From Promethearchaeota archaeon (lineage in GTDB: Archaea; Asgardarchaeota; Lokiarchaeia; Sigyniarchaeales; SOKP01): 64,000 bases of DNA. The stretch's first letter is position 1, and every line of letters starts with the position of its first letter. The translations under genes and the position numbers were made by a program. The stretch covers positions 256,001 through 320,000 of the forward strand of contig JAEOUA010000010.1 in assembly GCA_016839555.1 (NCBI GenBank), in the 5' to 3' direction. The notes under the pieces were generated by a model. The model did no database searches. It saw only the letters and a program-made list of their open reading frames with translations, and was not told the origin of the DNA. Below are positions 52,602-62,809 of this stretch, piece after piece.

Positions 52602-53330
52602 ATGAGTCTGACACCTTTAGATATTCTCAACGGCTCTTTAGGACTTTCGGTTGTATCTATCTCTATTATTCTGGGGATAATCGTATTATTAAAATATTTC
52701 AAAAATCAAGACAAACATTTCATTTTAATGGGTCTTACATTGATTTTCATGACATCAGGCTGGTACGGAACAAGTTTATCCTTTATAGTTGCTTTACTAT
52801 TTAATAATGAGGGATTACCTCTCGAAGCGATTATGCTCTTAAATTTTATTCCGCTTCCCATCAGTTTAATCTCATGGGTTGTATTTTTTACTGATATAAT
52901 CTTGTTAAAATATCGAGGAAAATTAATCATTGGGAGTGTGATAGGATTTACTGTATTTTTTTATGTTGTATTTCTAACCTTACTTTCTATTGACGTTACT
53001 CTTGTTTCAGAAAAGATTTCACCCGTAGATACTTTAGGCAAAAATTGGTTTCTTAATTCATTTATATTTGTGTATGTAGCAATTTTATTAGTTACGGGGA
53101 TAAAATTCTCTCTCGAAACAATCAAATTTGATGATATTGTAATGAGAACTAAAGGCAAATTTCTCCTAATTGCTTTTCCTTCTTTTTCTCTAGCAGGAAT
53201 TCTTGATAGTTCCTTGCCATCAAATGAATATACATTAATTATTTTTAGAGGGATATTAATAACAGGTATAATTTTGTTCTTTATCGGCTTTTTATTACCA
53301 AAATTTATTAAAAAAAAAATAGTGAAATAA
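52602..53330 (+). CDS. Seven-TM integral membrane protein (Loki-type, function unknown)
   Basis: Seven hydrophobic segments and no soluble domain. Confidence 0.7.
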   Translation: MSLTPLDILNGSLGLSVVSISIILGIIVLLKYFKNQDKHFILMGLTLIFMTSGWYGTSLSFIVALLFNNEGLPLEAIMLLNFIPLPISLISWVVFFTDIILLKYRGKLIIGSVIGFTVFFYVVFLTLLSIDVTLVSEKISPVDTLGKNWFLNSFIFVYVAILLVTGIKFSLETIKFDDIVMRTKGKFLLIAFPSFSLAGILDSSLPSNEYTLIIFRGILITGIILFFIGFLLPKFIKKKIVK

Positions 53331-53480
53331 GCTTAAAAACTGAATATTTAATTTTTTTTTTCCTTATTTTTGTATTTTAGAATAAAATAGTAAAGAAATT
53401 TCTCAGCTATATAAAAATTAATCAATTTCTGAAAATAATTAAGAGAAGTGAATCGAGGTTATTTTTTCCAACAGATATAT

Positions 53481-54485
53481 TCAATTTTTAGATGTTTTGC
53501 AGTACTTCTGAAAGCATTCGCAACACGGAATTCCAAAGCTTATATGATTATAATATCTTTTCTTAAAATGAAACGATTCATTCATCAGTACTAATAATTG
53601 GTTTTTTATCTTAATTTTATATTTATCTTTACTGAAATAAAAACGTTTAAGATAACTGGAATGATTTCTCGAATTACAAATTGGACAATATTTAAAGAAA
53701 TTTAGAAATTCAATTAATTCTTTTCGTTCTTCTAATGATAACTCTATTTTTGTTGAACCTTGAAATTCTATTTCTCCTCGCATGATATCTCTCAATCTTA
53801 GTAAATTGTTAGGGAGATCATTGGTATGGGGCAAATCGTCTAAATTTGAAGAGGAAAGCAAATCATTTTCGTTTAAATTGAAATATGTTTGACTTGCTAT
53901 TTCATTATGAGAAGATTGTTTGATTTTGCCGAGATTTCGTCTTAAATAATTTTTTTCTTTATTCGATAAAATATTCATACCAGTTAAAATCTCGGCCACA
54001 TGATTAAAAATAACATCTATATTAAATCCTTGTTTGATTGAAATAAAATAAGGACCAATAAGGTCATGATTATGAGCAAACTTTATGATATTCTCGTAGG
54101 GGACAGCTGGGATTATATCAGATTTTGTGCCTAATAATATAATGGGAACCTCCTCAGAAAAGGCATGAATAATATCAATCCAAATCGGCAGATTAATAAA
54201 AGATTGAGGATCTGTGAGATCAAAAAATAAAAGAAAAATAGCAGTTCCCCTGAAATAAGAGGGAATTAAAAAATAAAAATTTTCAGCAACATTTACATCC
54301 CATATTTGTAATTGACAATGGAGTTCATTGTCTACTTTTAATTTTTTAATATGAAAATCCAGCCCAATATTCTCACTGAAATCTTTAAAAAATTTCTGAC
54401 TATCTTTATCATAATTAATAAAGGCGGACTTTCCGGAACCATTTGAGCCAATTAAGAGAACCTTATATATCCAACCGACTTTCAT
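53481..54485 (-). CDS. Rab-like small GTPase (degenerate G2/G3) fused to a C-terminal Cys-rich domain
   Basis: YKVLLIGSNGSGKS, NIGLDF, LQIWDVNV, SYFRGT, FDLTDPQSF, LLGTKSD, ISIK; tail CPIC...GIPCCECF. Confidence 0.88.
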   Translation of the reverse strand: MKVGWIYKVLLIGSNGSGKSAFINYDKDSQKFFKDFSENIGLDFHIKKLKVDNELHCQLQIWDVNVAENFYFLIPSYFRGTAIFLLFFDLTDPQSFINLPIWIDIIHAFSEEVPIILLGTKSDIIPAVPYENIIKFAHNHDLIGPYFISIKQGFNIDVIFNHVAEILTGMNILSNKEKNYLRRNLGKIKQSSHNEIASQTYFNLNENDLLSSSNLDDLPHTNDLPNNLLRLRDIMRGEIEFQGSTKIELSLEERKELIEFLNFFKYCPICNSRNHSSYLKRFYFSKDKYKIKIKNQLLVLMNESFHFKKRYYNHISFGIPCCECFQKYCKTSKN

Positions 54486-54724
54486 ATTAAAATATCCACC
54501 TTGATAATTGTTATAAATTCCAATATTAATAAAACAATTTAAGATAAAAAATCTTAGTATGATATATTATAATCAGAATTATTCTATAAAAATATAAGTT
54601 AAGAATCTATTAAATTTTTGATTTTAATTTTATAACGTTCTATGGTCTCATATATTTCTTGAATACTTCATAAAAAATAATAAAATATTAAATGAATAAT
54701 AAGGAAAGTTGTAAAATTCTTAAA

Positions 54725-55948
54725 TTAGGCTAATTGAATACTACATGGAAATATGGCTGCCCTTAGTTCATTTCCATGCATCTTTTCTAATTCTTGTACC
54801 AATGTATCCAATTTACCAAAGAGTTTTACAGATTTAGGGAAAAAATGATACAAATCATATTTAGAGATGTTAGGGGAAAACAAAAGGACATCTCTGCGTT
54901 TCACAAAAGCTCTCCAAACAACATTATCCCCTATATTTGTGTATATTCTAGAACCTGTTTGCCCTGTTAAGCTATGGTATCCTCTTCCCTCATAAGAGGA
55001 AGACATCAAAACAATTGTACCTTTTCTTTTTAACATCTTACTCGGAGCGGTCATTAGAAAATTAAAGCCCTTAATTGCTTGGCTTAATTCTGAATCTTCT
55101 GGATATAGATTAAAAAAAGCCACATCATTATCTAATGTAACTTCAGTATTATAAAATTCTTTTCCAATTTCCATCGCCCTTCTATGAGCATCTCTAAAAT
55201 GTCCAGAAGTTATTGCCCCAATATTTCCTTCCTCGGTTAAAATTACATTCACAGAAAAGTCTAATCCCACTTTATCTGCTATTTCCTCAATATCTTCGCG
55301 AACTTTAGTCATTCTTCCTATTCCCGCACCTATGCCACGCATCGCTGCAGAATGATTTGCTTCAAGAGTTTTAATACCAGAAACACCTGGCAATACTATC
55401 TTTGCTCCTCCTCCAAAACCTGCTAAAGGATGAGGAATAACCCCTCCAATTGAAATTTTTAGATCTGCTTCATAATATGTCTTATTAATATGAATGGGCG
55501 TTCCCATCTTAGATTCACCTAATTCTACTAAATTTTCATAAGGATGATGATTTTCAATATTAATAGTATCAACCACATCTTTTCCTAATTTAAGAATACA
55601 ATCGTGCCGGTTCATTGGTTTATGTGCCCCTATTGCGAGTAAAATAGTAATTTTCGATCTATCTATGTTAGCCTCTTCTAATTCGCTGAGAATATACGGC
55701 ATAATTTTGTAGATGGGAGTCGTTCTGGTCATATCATCAACCACTATAACTACATTTTCTTTTCCTTTCGCCAACTCAGATATTCTTTCTGTTCCAATGG
55801 GATTTAAAATGCTTTCTTTAATTTTCTCATTATTTATCTCGGAATTTCCATTCATTCTGCACACAGAAATATCCCAGCTATCTGGTAACTTTAATTCCAA
55901 GGTTTCAGGAGCGCGCCATGCGGCCCAAGGTATTTTTATAGATGGCAT
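54725..55948 (-). CDS. Nickel-pincer lactate racemase (LarA) family protein
   Basis: DDMTRTTP, IGAH, PHPLAGFGGGAK, EANH, SQAIKG. Confidence 0.85.
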   Translation of the reverse strand: MPSIKIPWAAWRAPETLELKLPDSWDISVCRMNGNSEINNEKIKESILNPIGTERISELAKGKENVVIVVDDMTRTTPIYKIMPYILSELEEANIDRSKITILLAIGAHKPMNRHDCILKLGKDVVDTINIENHHPYENLVELGESKMGTPIHINKTYYEADLKISIGGVIPHPLAGFGGGAKIVLPGVSGIKTLEANHSAAMRGIGAGIGRMTKVREDIEEIADKVGLDFSVNVILTEEGNIGAITSGHFRDAHRRAMEIGKEFYNTEVTLDNDVAFFNLYPEDSELSQAIKGFNFLMTAPSKMLKRKGTIVLMSSSYEGRGYHSLTGQTGSRIYTNIGDNVVWRAFVKRRDVLLFSPNISKYDLYHFFPKSVKLFGKLDTLVQELEKMHGNELRAAIFPCSIQLA

Positions 55949-56289
55949 TATTATTCCTTCAAATTAATTTTTTAGGGTTTTATTTTTTTCAAAAACACTT
56001 ATATTATTTTGTATAAAAAATGCTTATCTTTAAAAAATATTGACTTAACCCGATAAAATTATTCGACTTATAAAGAGAAAATATAAATTGAAGCTCTTAT
56101 CAAAATATGAATAAGAATTTGATCATTTCTTTAAAATTCTTATTTAAATTTTTTAATAAAATATAAAAAATGTTTAAATAGAATTTTTATTTATATAATA
56201 AAAAATCTGAATTCGCAAAAACAGATCTTATTAAAAACTTAGAAATTAATTAATTATTTTTAAATTACAAATAAAAGAATGTTTGTTTT

Positions 56290-57165
56290 ATGAAGCTTCT
56301 TGAGAATAAAAACGCTCTTATCACTGGAGGAGGAAGAGGTATAGGTAAGGCAGTAGCACTCGATTTTGCCTCTTCGGGTGCAAATGTTGCTGTCGTAGCT
56401 CGGACCAAAAATGAATTAGATCAAACAGTTAAAGAAATTGAACAATTTGGAGTAGAAGGGCTTGCAATTCAAGCTGATTTATCGAATCTTGAACAACTTA
56501 AAAAGTGTACTGAGAAGTTTTTAGATTATTATAAAAAGTGTGATATTTTAATCTGCAACGCAGGCATGACACAGGCTGCCTCTATTATTGAATTTCCAAT
56601 TGAAAAGGCCAAGAATTTGTTTGATTTGAATATTATGGGGTATTATGGAATGATTAAATATATTGTGCCTAATATGATCAAATATGGCGGAGGTAATATT
56701 CAAATGACTTCCTCAGTTCAAGGTAATGTGTTTTTTCTCCCAAAAAAGGCAGCATATTCCGCTTCCAAAGCTGCCATCACCGCAATGGGTAAATGTTTAA
56801 GTCCAGAGTTAAAGCCACATAATATCTCAGTTAATGTAATCCTTCCGGGAGGTGTGGAAACTAAAATGACTCAGTATTTGAGGGAAAAAGGACAGATAAT
56901 GCCCACAGTTCCACCTGAAGATATATCTCCTATTTATCTGTTTTTAGCTACGGAAGAAGCAAAAAAAAATGGATATGGGGGAAAAGTTATTGATCAGATG
57001 AAAATATTTAACTTTTTGCCAGAAATAAAAGAATTCGTCGAAGAAAAACCATTTAATATTAAGAAAGTCTATAAAGAGATGAAAAACAACATGAAAAAAG
57101 ATCACGCTTTAATGTTTCGAAAAAATACAGAATTAATTGAATTTCTCATAAAATTCAAGAGATAA
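56290..57165 (+). CDS. Short-chain dehydrogenase/reductase
   Basis: TGGGRGIG, CNAG, YSASK, PGGVET. Confidence 0.93.
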   Translation: MKLLENKNALITGGGRGIGKAVALDFASSGANVAVVARTKNELDQTVKEIEQFGVEGLAIQADLSNLEQLKKCTEKFLDYYKKCDILICNAGMTQAASIIEFPIEKAKNLFDLNIMGYYGMIKYIVPNMIKYGGGNIQMTSSVQGNVFFLPKKAAYSASKAAITAMGKCLSPELKPHNISVNVILPGGVETKMTQYLREKGQIMPTVPPEDISPIYLFLATEEAKKNGYGGKVIDQMKIFNFLPEIKEFVEEKPFNIKKVYKEMKNNMKKDHALMFRKNTELIEFLIKFKR

Positions 57166-57246
57166 TTTTCTACCAAAATTATCTAATAATTCTTATTGAA
57201 AGAACAATTTTTAATTCTTAATTTGTTCTAATTTGAGGATTTAGAA

Positions 57247-58656
57247 TTGAAAACTGAATTAGACCTAATGGATCATGATTTCCGATATACTGAATTATTT
57301 CCGATATATCTTTTGGCTGGTTGCTTTACCTTAGCCTTTTCAAGTCTTTATATATTAGTAGTGCCCTTATCCTCATTATTTTGGCCCGGAGATGAGTTTC
57401 ATGCCCTTGAAATGGGAATTCTCATATCTACCATGTTTTGGCCCATAGCAATATCTGGTTTAATGTGGGGTAGGTTTATTGATAAATATAATAGAGTAAA
57501 AATATTTTTTATTGTGGCTTTTGCTCGTGGAGTGTGTCTAATTCTTATGAGTTTCACAGTAATGGGACTTGGTATTATCTCATGGACTTATTTTTATATT
57601 TTAATTTTGATTTTTGCCATTTTTGCTGGAGGTAATTACCCGACAGTTGTATCGCTAGCAGATGATATTGTTCCTGAAGGAAAAAGATCACGATTTTTTG
57701 GCATTTATAATATTATAAGAAGCAGCTTTCAATTTATTGGGTTTGTTGTAGTAGGTTTTTTAGTTCAGATAGGATTATGGCAATGGATATTCAGTAGTAT
57801 AGGCATATTAATGATCATAGCAGGAGTAATCATGGTAAAAAAAATTAAGGAACCTAAACGAGGGATTCAAAGAGAAGAATTAAAAAATGTTTTAAAAAAA
57901 TCTGAGGTGGTGTATAATTTTCAAATTGACCGAGAAACTATGAAAAAGACTATGCTAAGTAAGACTAATGTGGTTGCTTTAATTGAAGGTATTTTTACAA
58001 GTGTGTTTATGGGAAGCTTAACCATCTTATTTTTACCTTATATACAATCTCCACCCTATAATATCTCACCCTTTTCAACTGGTGTATTCTTAGCATTTTT
58101 TGGTCTGACGGGAGGACTCATTGGTATGGGTTTTTTTGCTCATTATTCCGACAAATTATCGAAAAAAAAATCGATACTGCGGATCTTTTTTATTATCATT
58201 TCTTTATCAGTTGGTATGATAACCTTCGTCTTTCTCTTTTTCATACCCCTTCCTCCTCTCACAGTTGAGGAAGGGAAAGATCTCTCTCGATTTATGGTAG
58301 ATCCCACTGTATGGATTATGGGTATAATATATTTATTATCCACATCATTTTCAGCCTTATATAACATCAATCAACCTCCTTTATTACAGGAAATTAACTT
58401 ACCTGAAGCTCAAGGCCAAATAATAGCATGGAATCGTTTTCTTGAAGAAATTGCGTGGGGATTGGGGCCATTCATATCGGGAATCTTTATAACCATCTCT
58501 GGTCAGAATTACCAACTAGTTTCAATAATAATAGGGCTTTTTGCTGTTCCCGGAATAATTTTATGGATATTCGCATTAAAATGGTATCCGAAGGATAAAG
58601 AAGAAATAATCAAGATATTAGAACAACGCTCAAAAGACCTAGAATCTAGAGAATGA
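57247..58656 (+). CDS. MFS transporter
   Basis: WGRFIDKYNR, DDIVPEGKRSRFFG, 12 TM. Confidence 0.88.
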   Translation: MKTELDLMDHDFRYTELFPIYLLAGCFTLAFSSLYILVVPLSSLFWPGDEFHALEMGILISTMFWPIAISGLMWGRFIDKYNRVKIFFIVAFARGVCLILMSFTVMGLGIISWTYFYILILIFAIFAGGNYPTVVSLADDIVPEGKRSRFFGIYNIIRSSFQFIGFVVVGFLVQIGLWQWIFSSIGILMIIAGVIMVKKIKEPKRGIQREELKNVLKKSEVVYNFQIDRETMKKTMLSKTNVVALIEGIFTSVFMGSLTILFLPYIQSPPYNISPFSTGVFLAFFGLTGGLIGMGFFAHYSDKLSKKKSILRIFFIIISLSVGMITFVFLFFIPLPPLTVEEGKDLSRFMVDPTVWIMGIIYLLSTSFSALYNINQPPLLQEINLPEAQGQIIAWNRFLEEIAWGLGPFISGIFITISGQNYQLVSIIIGLFAVPGIILWIFALKWYPKDKEEIIKILEQRSKDLESRE

Positions 58657-58701
58657 ATGCTTAAACGGCTAATATTGAAATTCTTTTACCATAATGAAAA
58701 A

Positions 58702-59895
58702 TTAACTTTTCTGCACTAGTTCCAAACATTCCCTATAAAAGAGATTTCCATAATGATTATTTGGTACCTGTATAATATTTTCTTTTTTCTTCTGCTGTTC
58801 TCTTAAATGATTCCTTCTGGCATTCATTAAATCTATAAATGCCTCCAAACGTGTTCGAAAGCCCTCGACTCCACTCTGCTCATCAAATGAGAAAAAGATC
58901 ACCGGCATATCATATTTCTTTTTAAGTTTATTAGTAATGATAGTTCGAGCAGTTATTTCAGGCATACAGGTGAAAGGGTAACTATGTACGAAGCCATCAA
59001 AACCTGCTTTTGCATTATCAATATACTGTCCTATAATCCAGACAGCTTCTCCTCCTATATCCATTGGCATGTATGGTTTGGCTACATGTTCTAACCATTT
59101 TCTATGAAAATTCACATGCAGTTTATGAGCAATCCAATCATATAAACTAAGACTTTGGTAAAGTTCTACACCCATTTCGCCCAATCTTCTTCGAATATCG
59201 AGGTTTACATATGGTTCTAAGGTAATATAAATTTCTCCGGCAAGGCCTACTTTTAAAACATCCCTTGATTTGTCAAGGTCAATTTTATTGAAATCTTCTT
59301 TAATAACCGATTTGAAATGTCTAAGCTCATGGAGAGTATTTGCATCGTCAAGTTTATGTAATAAACGATTCACTGTTTTTGTGGTGATTCCTTGTTCTCG
59401 TTCATACGCACGAAATACTCCCTCCGCTGTATGTATATTTTGTAGATATAAGCATTTTTTTAAGAAGAAAATAACGGCTTTTACAAAATTAGAATATTTA
59501 AAAAGCCCTGCTACTTGATTTACTTCAAAAAGGGTTTTTACCCAACTGAAATCTAAAAGGTCTGCTTGATCAAGAGGAATAAGCCGAAAATCCTTATAGC
59601 CCACATCTCGAAAAATGCGCTCTTGAACACTGGCATAGAACCCAAATCTGCAGGGTCCACAATCAATCGCCATGATAATAGTATTTGCTCCTTTATCAAG
59701 CGCGCTTTTTAATTCACCAAGCGTTGCCTTAAAGGGGAAACATACAAATTCGGGGCTATGTTTTACTCCAAACTTTACCAACTCGCGATTGACTGGTGTA
59801 GGTAACACTACTTCTGCATCTAGGGATTCAATAAGCGATTTAAAAGCGACCCAAGATGTTCCCATGCGAGGGAATGTTACCTTCGGATTCGGCAT
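58702..59895 (-). CDS. 2-hydroxyacyl-CoA dehydratase D-component/DUF2229-like activase partner
   Basis: FPRMG, SPEFVCFPFK, GPCRFG, GEIY, PFTCMPE, FDEQSGVEGFRTRLEAF. Confidence 0.8.
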   Translation of the reverse strand: MPNPKVTFPRMGTSWVAFKSLIESLDAEVVLPTPVNRELVKFGVKHSPEFVCFPFKATLGELKSALDKGANTIIMAIDCGPCRFGFYASVQERIFRDVGYKDFRLIPLDQADLLDFSWVKTLFEVNQVAGLFKYSNFVKAVIFFLKKCLYLQNIHTAEGVFRAYEREQGITTKTVNRLLHKLDDANTLHELRHFKSVIKEDFNKIDLDKSRDVLKVGLAGEIYITLEPYVNLDIRRRLGEMGVELYQSLSLYDWIAHKLHVNFHRKWLEHVAKPYMPMDIGGEAVWIIGQYIDNAKAGFDGFVHSYPFTCMPEITARTIITNKLKKKYDMPVIFFSFDEQSGVEGFRTRLEAFIDLMNARRNHLREQQKKKENIIQVPNNHYGNLFYRECLELVQKS

Positions 59896-59946
59896 TTTTG
59901 TAGTTTATTTATCCATGAAAATTAGTATATTATGGAAAGAAATGTT

Positions 59947-60018
59947 CATACTATAAAAAATATTTTCATCTCAATAATTATATTAAACATATTTTTCAAT
60001 CAATATTTTCTTTAAAGG
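59947..60018. repeat. 72-bp direct repeat copy A (putative promoter of 59895)
   Basis: 67/72 identical to 61697-61768. Confidence 0.88.
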
Positions 60019-60124
60019 TGTTAATATTTTTATAATAAATAATTGAAAAGAACGCCGACAGAATTTATATGCCAGAAATAATTCGGTTCAAATCTAATGA
60101 CTCTGAGTTTAAATAAATTATTTA

Positions 60125-61603
60125 TTAATTTATATTTTGGTTCCTTTTTTTATCTGTTTCTATGAATTCAAATCCGATTAACTTAGCCAGATCCCTAAAT
60201 TGCTCTCTTAAATCACCATAAAATGCTACTCGATGATTACCAAATGCTTTTCCATCTATATTCTCAGCTATTGCGCTTGCATTGGTTTTAATCATCAATT
60301 TTGTTCTACATATAATATCATCCCAATGTTTAAAATAATCTTCGCCGTCAATAGTTTCTCCTGTAAAGACACATATTTTTTTATCGTGCATACTTATTTT
60401 GGCTACTGTGACTTTTTCCCCTATGGGTAAATTTACTTGTACGCAAGCACCACCCTTATTCTCTTCCCAGTGTGGTAGATTTCTTATAATATAGGGCGCC
60501 TTTTGATCATTTCCATAAGGATCTGGATCCGCCTCACAATGACCAATAGTAATAGTTCCTGAAGTGGGATCTACCATAAAATCTCCATTAAATCCTGCCT
60601 TATCAGCAAAAAATAAACCAAACTGCTGAGTAACTAATGAATCTATTAGAGTTTCAGAAGTAGCAACAATATTTTCCGAAAGAAGTTGGGTAGATGGTAG
60701 CCCTTGTGACGGAATGCCCTCAGGATACCCACTTAAAATTCCACAACCCTCACCTGCTGGTTGAAAATTGCAATATCCCTCTGTGGTTATTGCCGGAGTA
60801 TTATATTTCTCCATTAATTGTTTCATGGTTAAATAAAGCTTTGCTGAGCGCACTATCTGAAAATGGTTTGTGCCTTTTATTCCTTCAGCTTCATTAATCC
60901 AATTTTGTGCTACCTTTTCGGCTTCTTCTTGATCAATTTTCTCTATTCCTTCAAAAAGTTCCTTCTGGGGGATGGGAACAAGAACAGTCCCAAATGTTTC
61001 TTCCAAATTTTTAAGATATTGCCTCTCATATTTTTCTCTTTCTTTTTTTCTTAATGGAACCTGAAATGTTTCTGGTTCATAGAAGCCAAGAATAGGCATA
61101 TCTGTAATAACCAAAACTCTTAAACCTTTCATCTTAGATATCGCTTGGATTAATCTAATTTTCTCTGCTATATCTTCTATACGGGATAAATAGAAATTCT
61201 TATCTTTATCAGGTATTACAGGTAATACAGTTTTAACAACTTTTGCCTCCTTAGAAGCACTAAAAAAGGGATATTCCCACTGTCCCCAGAGTGGATGTAC
61301 AGCTACAATAGGCAGCCCAATTGATGTTAAATCTTCTGTTGGAGTACCAAAGAAAAGAATCCCAGATAAATCTTTCTTTTGTTTTTTTATATTTCTAATT
61401 ATTTTTCGTTGATATCTACTTTTACTTACAATAAATTCGATATTTTTACATTTCTCTTTCACTGCTTGCAATATCTCTTCATTTTTCATTATCTTGGCTT
61501 CAGGATGATATTTTGGGTAAATTTTAGCTGCATCTTGAGTTCCAGAAGATGTGAATGCTACATATATTTTGGTTTTTCCATTTTCTTGTTCTGATAAAAG
61601 CAT
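60125..61603 (-). CDS. L-fucose/L-arabinose isomerase-like protein
   Basis: EAEKVAQNWI, TITIGHC, GEKVTVAK, CRTKL, GNHRVAFYGD. Confidence 0.6.
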   Translation of the reverse strand: MLLSEQENGKTKIYVAFTSSGTQDAAKIYPKYHPEAKIMKNEEILQAVKEKCKNIEFIVSKSRYQRKIIRNIKKQKKDLSGILFFGTPTEDLTSIGLPIVAVHPLWGQWEYPFFSASKEAKVVKTVLPVIPDKDKNFYLSRIEDIAEKIRLIQAISKMKGLRVLVITDMPILGFYEPETFQVPLRKKEREKYERQYLKNLEETFGTVLVPIPQKELFEGIEKIDQEEAEKVAQNWINEAEGIKGTNHFQIVRSAKLYLTMKQLMEKYNTPAITTEGYCNFQPAGEGCGILSGYPEGIPSQGLPSTQLLSENIVATSETLIDSLVTQQFGLFFADKAGFNGDFMVDPTSGTITIGHCEADPDPYGNDQKAPYIIRNLPHWEENKGGACVQVNLPIGEKVTVAKISMHDKKICVFTGETIDGEDYFKHWDDIICRTKLMIKTNASAIAENIDGKAFGNHRVAFYGDLREQFRDLAKLIGFEFIETDKKRNQNIN

Positions 61604-61696
61604 AAAACCACCAATACTTTTTTAATATATTTTAATAATAATTTTCCATCAGTAGAATTTACTGATGAAAATAAATATCTTATACAAAGAAGTACA

Positions 61697-61768
61697 CATA
61701 CTATAAAAAATATTTTCATCTCAATAATTAAATTAATCATATTTTTCTATCAAAATTTTCCTTAAAGG
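61697..61768. repeat. 72-bp direct repeat copy B (putative promoter of 61603; overlaps the 3' end of 61733-62185)
   Basis: 67/72 identical to 59947-60018. Confidence 0.88.
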
Positions 61769-62185
61769 AACTAACATATTTTTATTTAAAATCTTAAAAT
61801 ATGCTATTATTTTATCCAAAACATAAAAAATGAGAGCATTGGCAAAATTTCTCGCAACACAGTAAATGTTTGCCGGGAATTTTGTGGCATTTTTACTCTT
61901 TTCACGAATTACATCATCATAAGGAAAAACAATTGAAACGGCACGTATATCAGATTCTTTAATATTATTCATTTCCAATCCATTTTTTTCCCAAAATTCT
62001 AGGGGGGTCAAATAGGTCTCTTTAATGATTTCATTATATTCTTTGAAGATTGGATCATCCCCTTTTGCTATACCAATTAAGGGCTTTGAAAATATAATGC
62101 CACTACCATATTCCTCAGGTAATCGATTTAATTCATTATTTTTAAGCACATCTTCTACGAATTTATATAGTTTTTCATTGTTCAT
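61733..62185 (-). pseudogene. Probable truncated QueG-like/4Fe-4S protein (N-terminal fragment only)
   Basis: IFSKPLIGIAKGDDPIFKEY...LTPLE...VSIVFPY resembles the N-terminus of this family; no Fe-S Cys motifs follow and the ORF terminates inside repeat copy B. Confidence 0.5.
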
Positions 62186-62287
62186 TTTAATTTCTGTTCT
62201 AAAGGAATAACATTTTATATTAAATTATATATCATTTAATCCATAATTCTATTAAATTAATTGAATTTTTAAATTTGATAATTCTTT

Positions 62288-62695
62288 TCAGTTTTTCCTT
62301 TTATCAATCATATATAAGATGTTTAATAGTGACCAAATTAATGGAAGAATTGCCCACATTACTTCTGTAAAGACAAATTCAAAATAACCAATTGCGATAT
62401 ATGTAATTTGTAATATACTAAATGAAAATCCAGCGGGTATTCCTAATATTATTAAAATTTCGTACTTCTTCATATTCTTATAGAGAAGAATATTACCAAT
62501 TCCGTTATAAATAATCATCCAGAGCCAAAAGAAACTTATCATCGCTCTCGCGCGAGCTGAAAAGGGTTTAGTTCCTACTAACGAAGCGAGTACAGGAGCA
62601 AAGAAGATCATAAAAAGAGCGACAAAGGTAAAAGTTATGCCAAAAATTAGCCAAATTTTCTTCCATATTTTCTCAGAAAACATTTTTGCTTTCAT
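62288..62695 (-). CDS. Small 4-TM membrane protein
   Basis: Four hydrophobic segments. Confidence 0.7.
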   Translation of the reverse strand: MKAKMFSEKIWKKIWLIFGITFTFVALFMIFFAPVLASLVGTKPFSARARAMISFFWLWMIIYNGIGNILLYKNMKKYEILIILGIPAGFSFSILQITYIAIGYFEFVFTEVMWAILPLIWSLLNILYMIDKRKN

Positions 62696-62809
62696 CCTCT
62701 TATTTTCATTAAATAATTTTGATTAAATTTCATAGATTGTATTTTAATTATTAAACATTTTTAAAAAGTATATTTATCAAATGGAGAACATTTTCAACTT
62801 AGAGAAACT

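Noticed and set aside
60050-60110. Relatively GC-rich imperfect hairpin downstream of the isomerase gene, considered as a SECIS or ncRNA
   Set aside because: Pairing is poor, there is no convincing AUGA/GA core on the coding strand, and no nearby gene has an in-frame TGA.
1443-62210. Many short (about 60-210 aa) ORFs antisense to or nested in long genes (e.g. 4417-4602, 5965-6261, 16305-16754, 25195-25833, 51902-52255)
   Set aside because: Shadow frames of well-supported genes with no motifs of their own.
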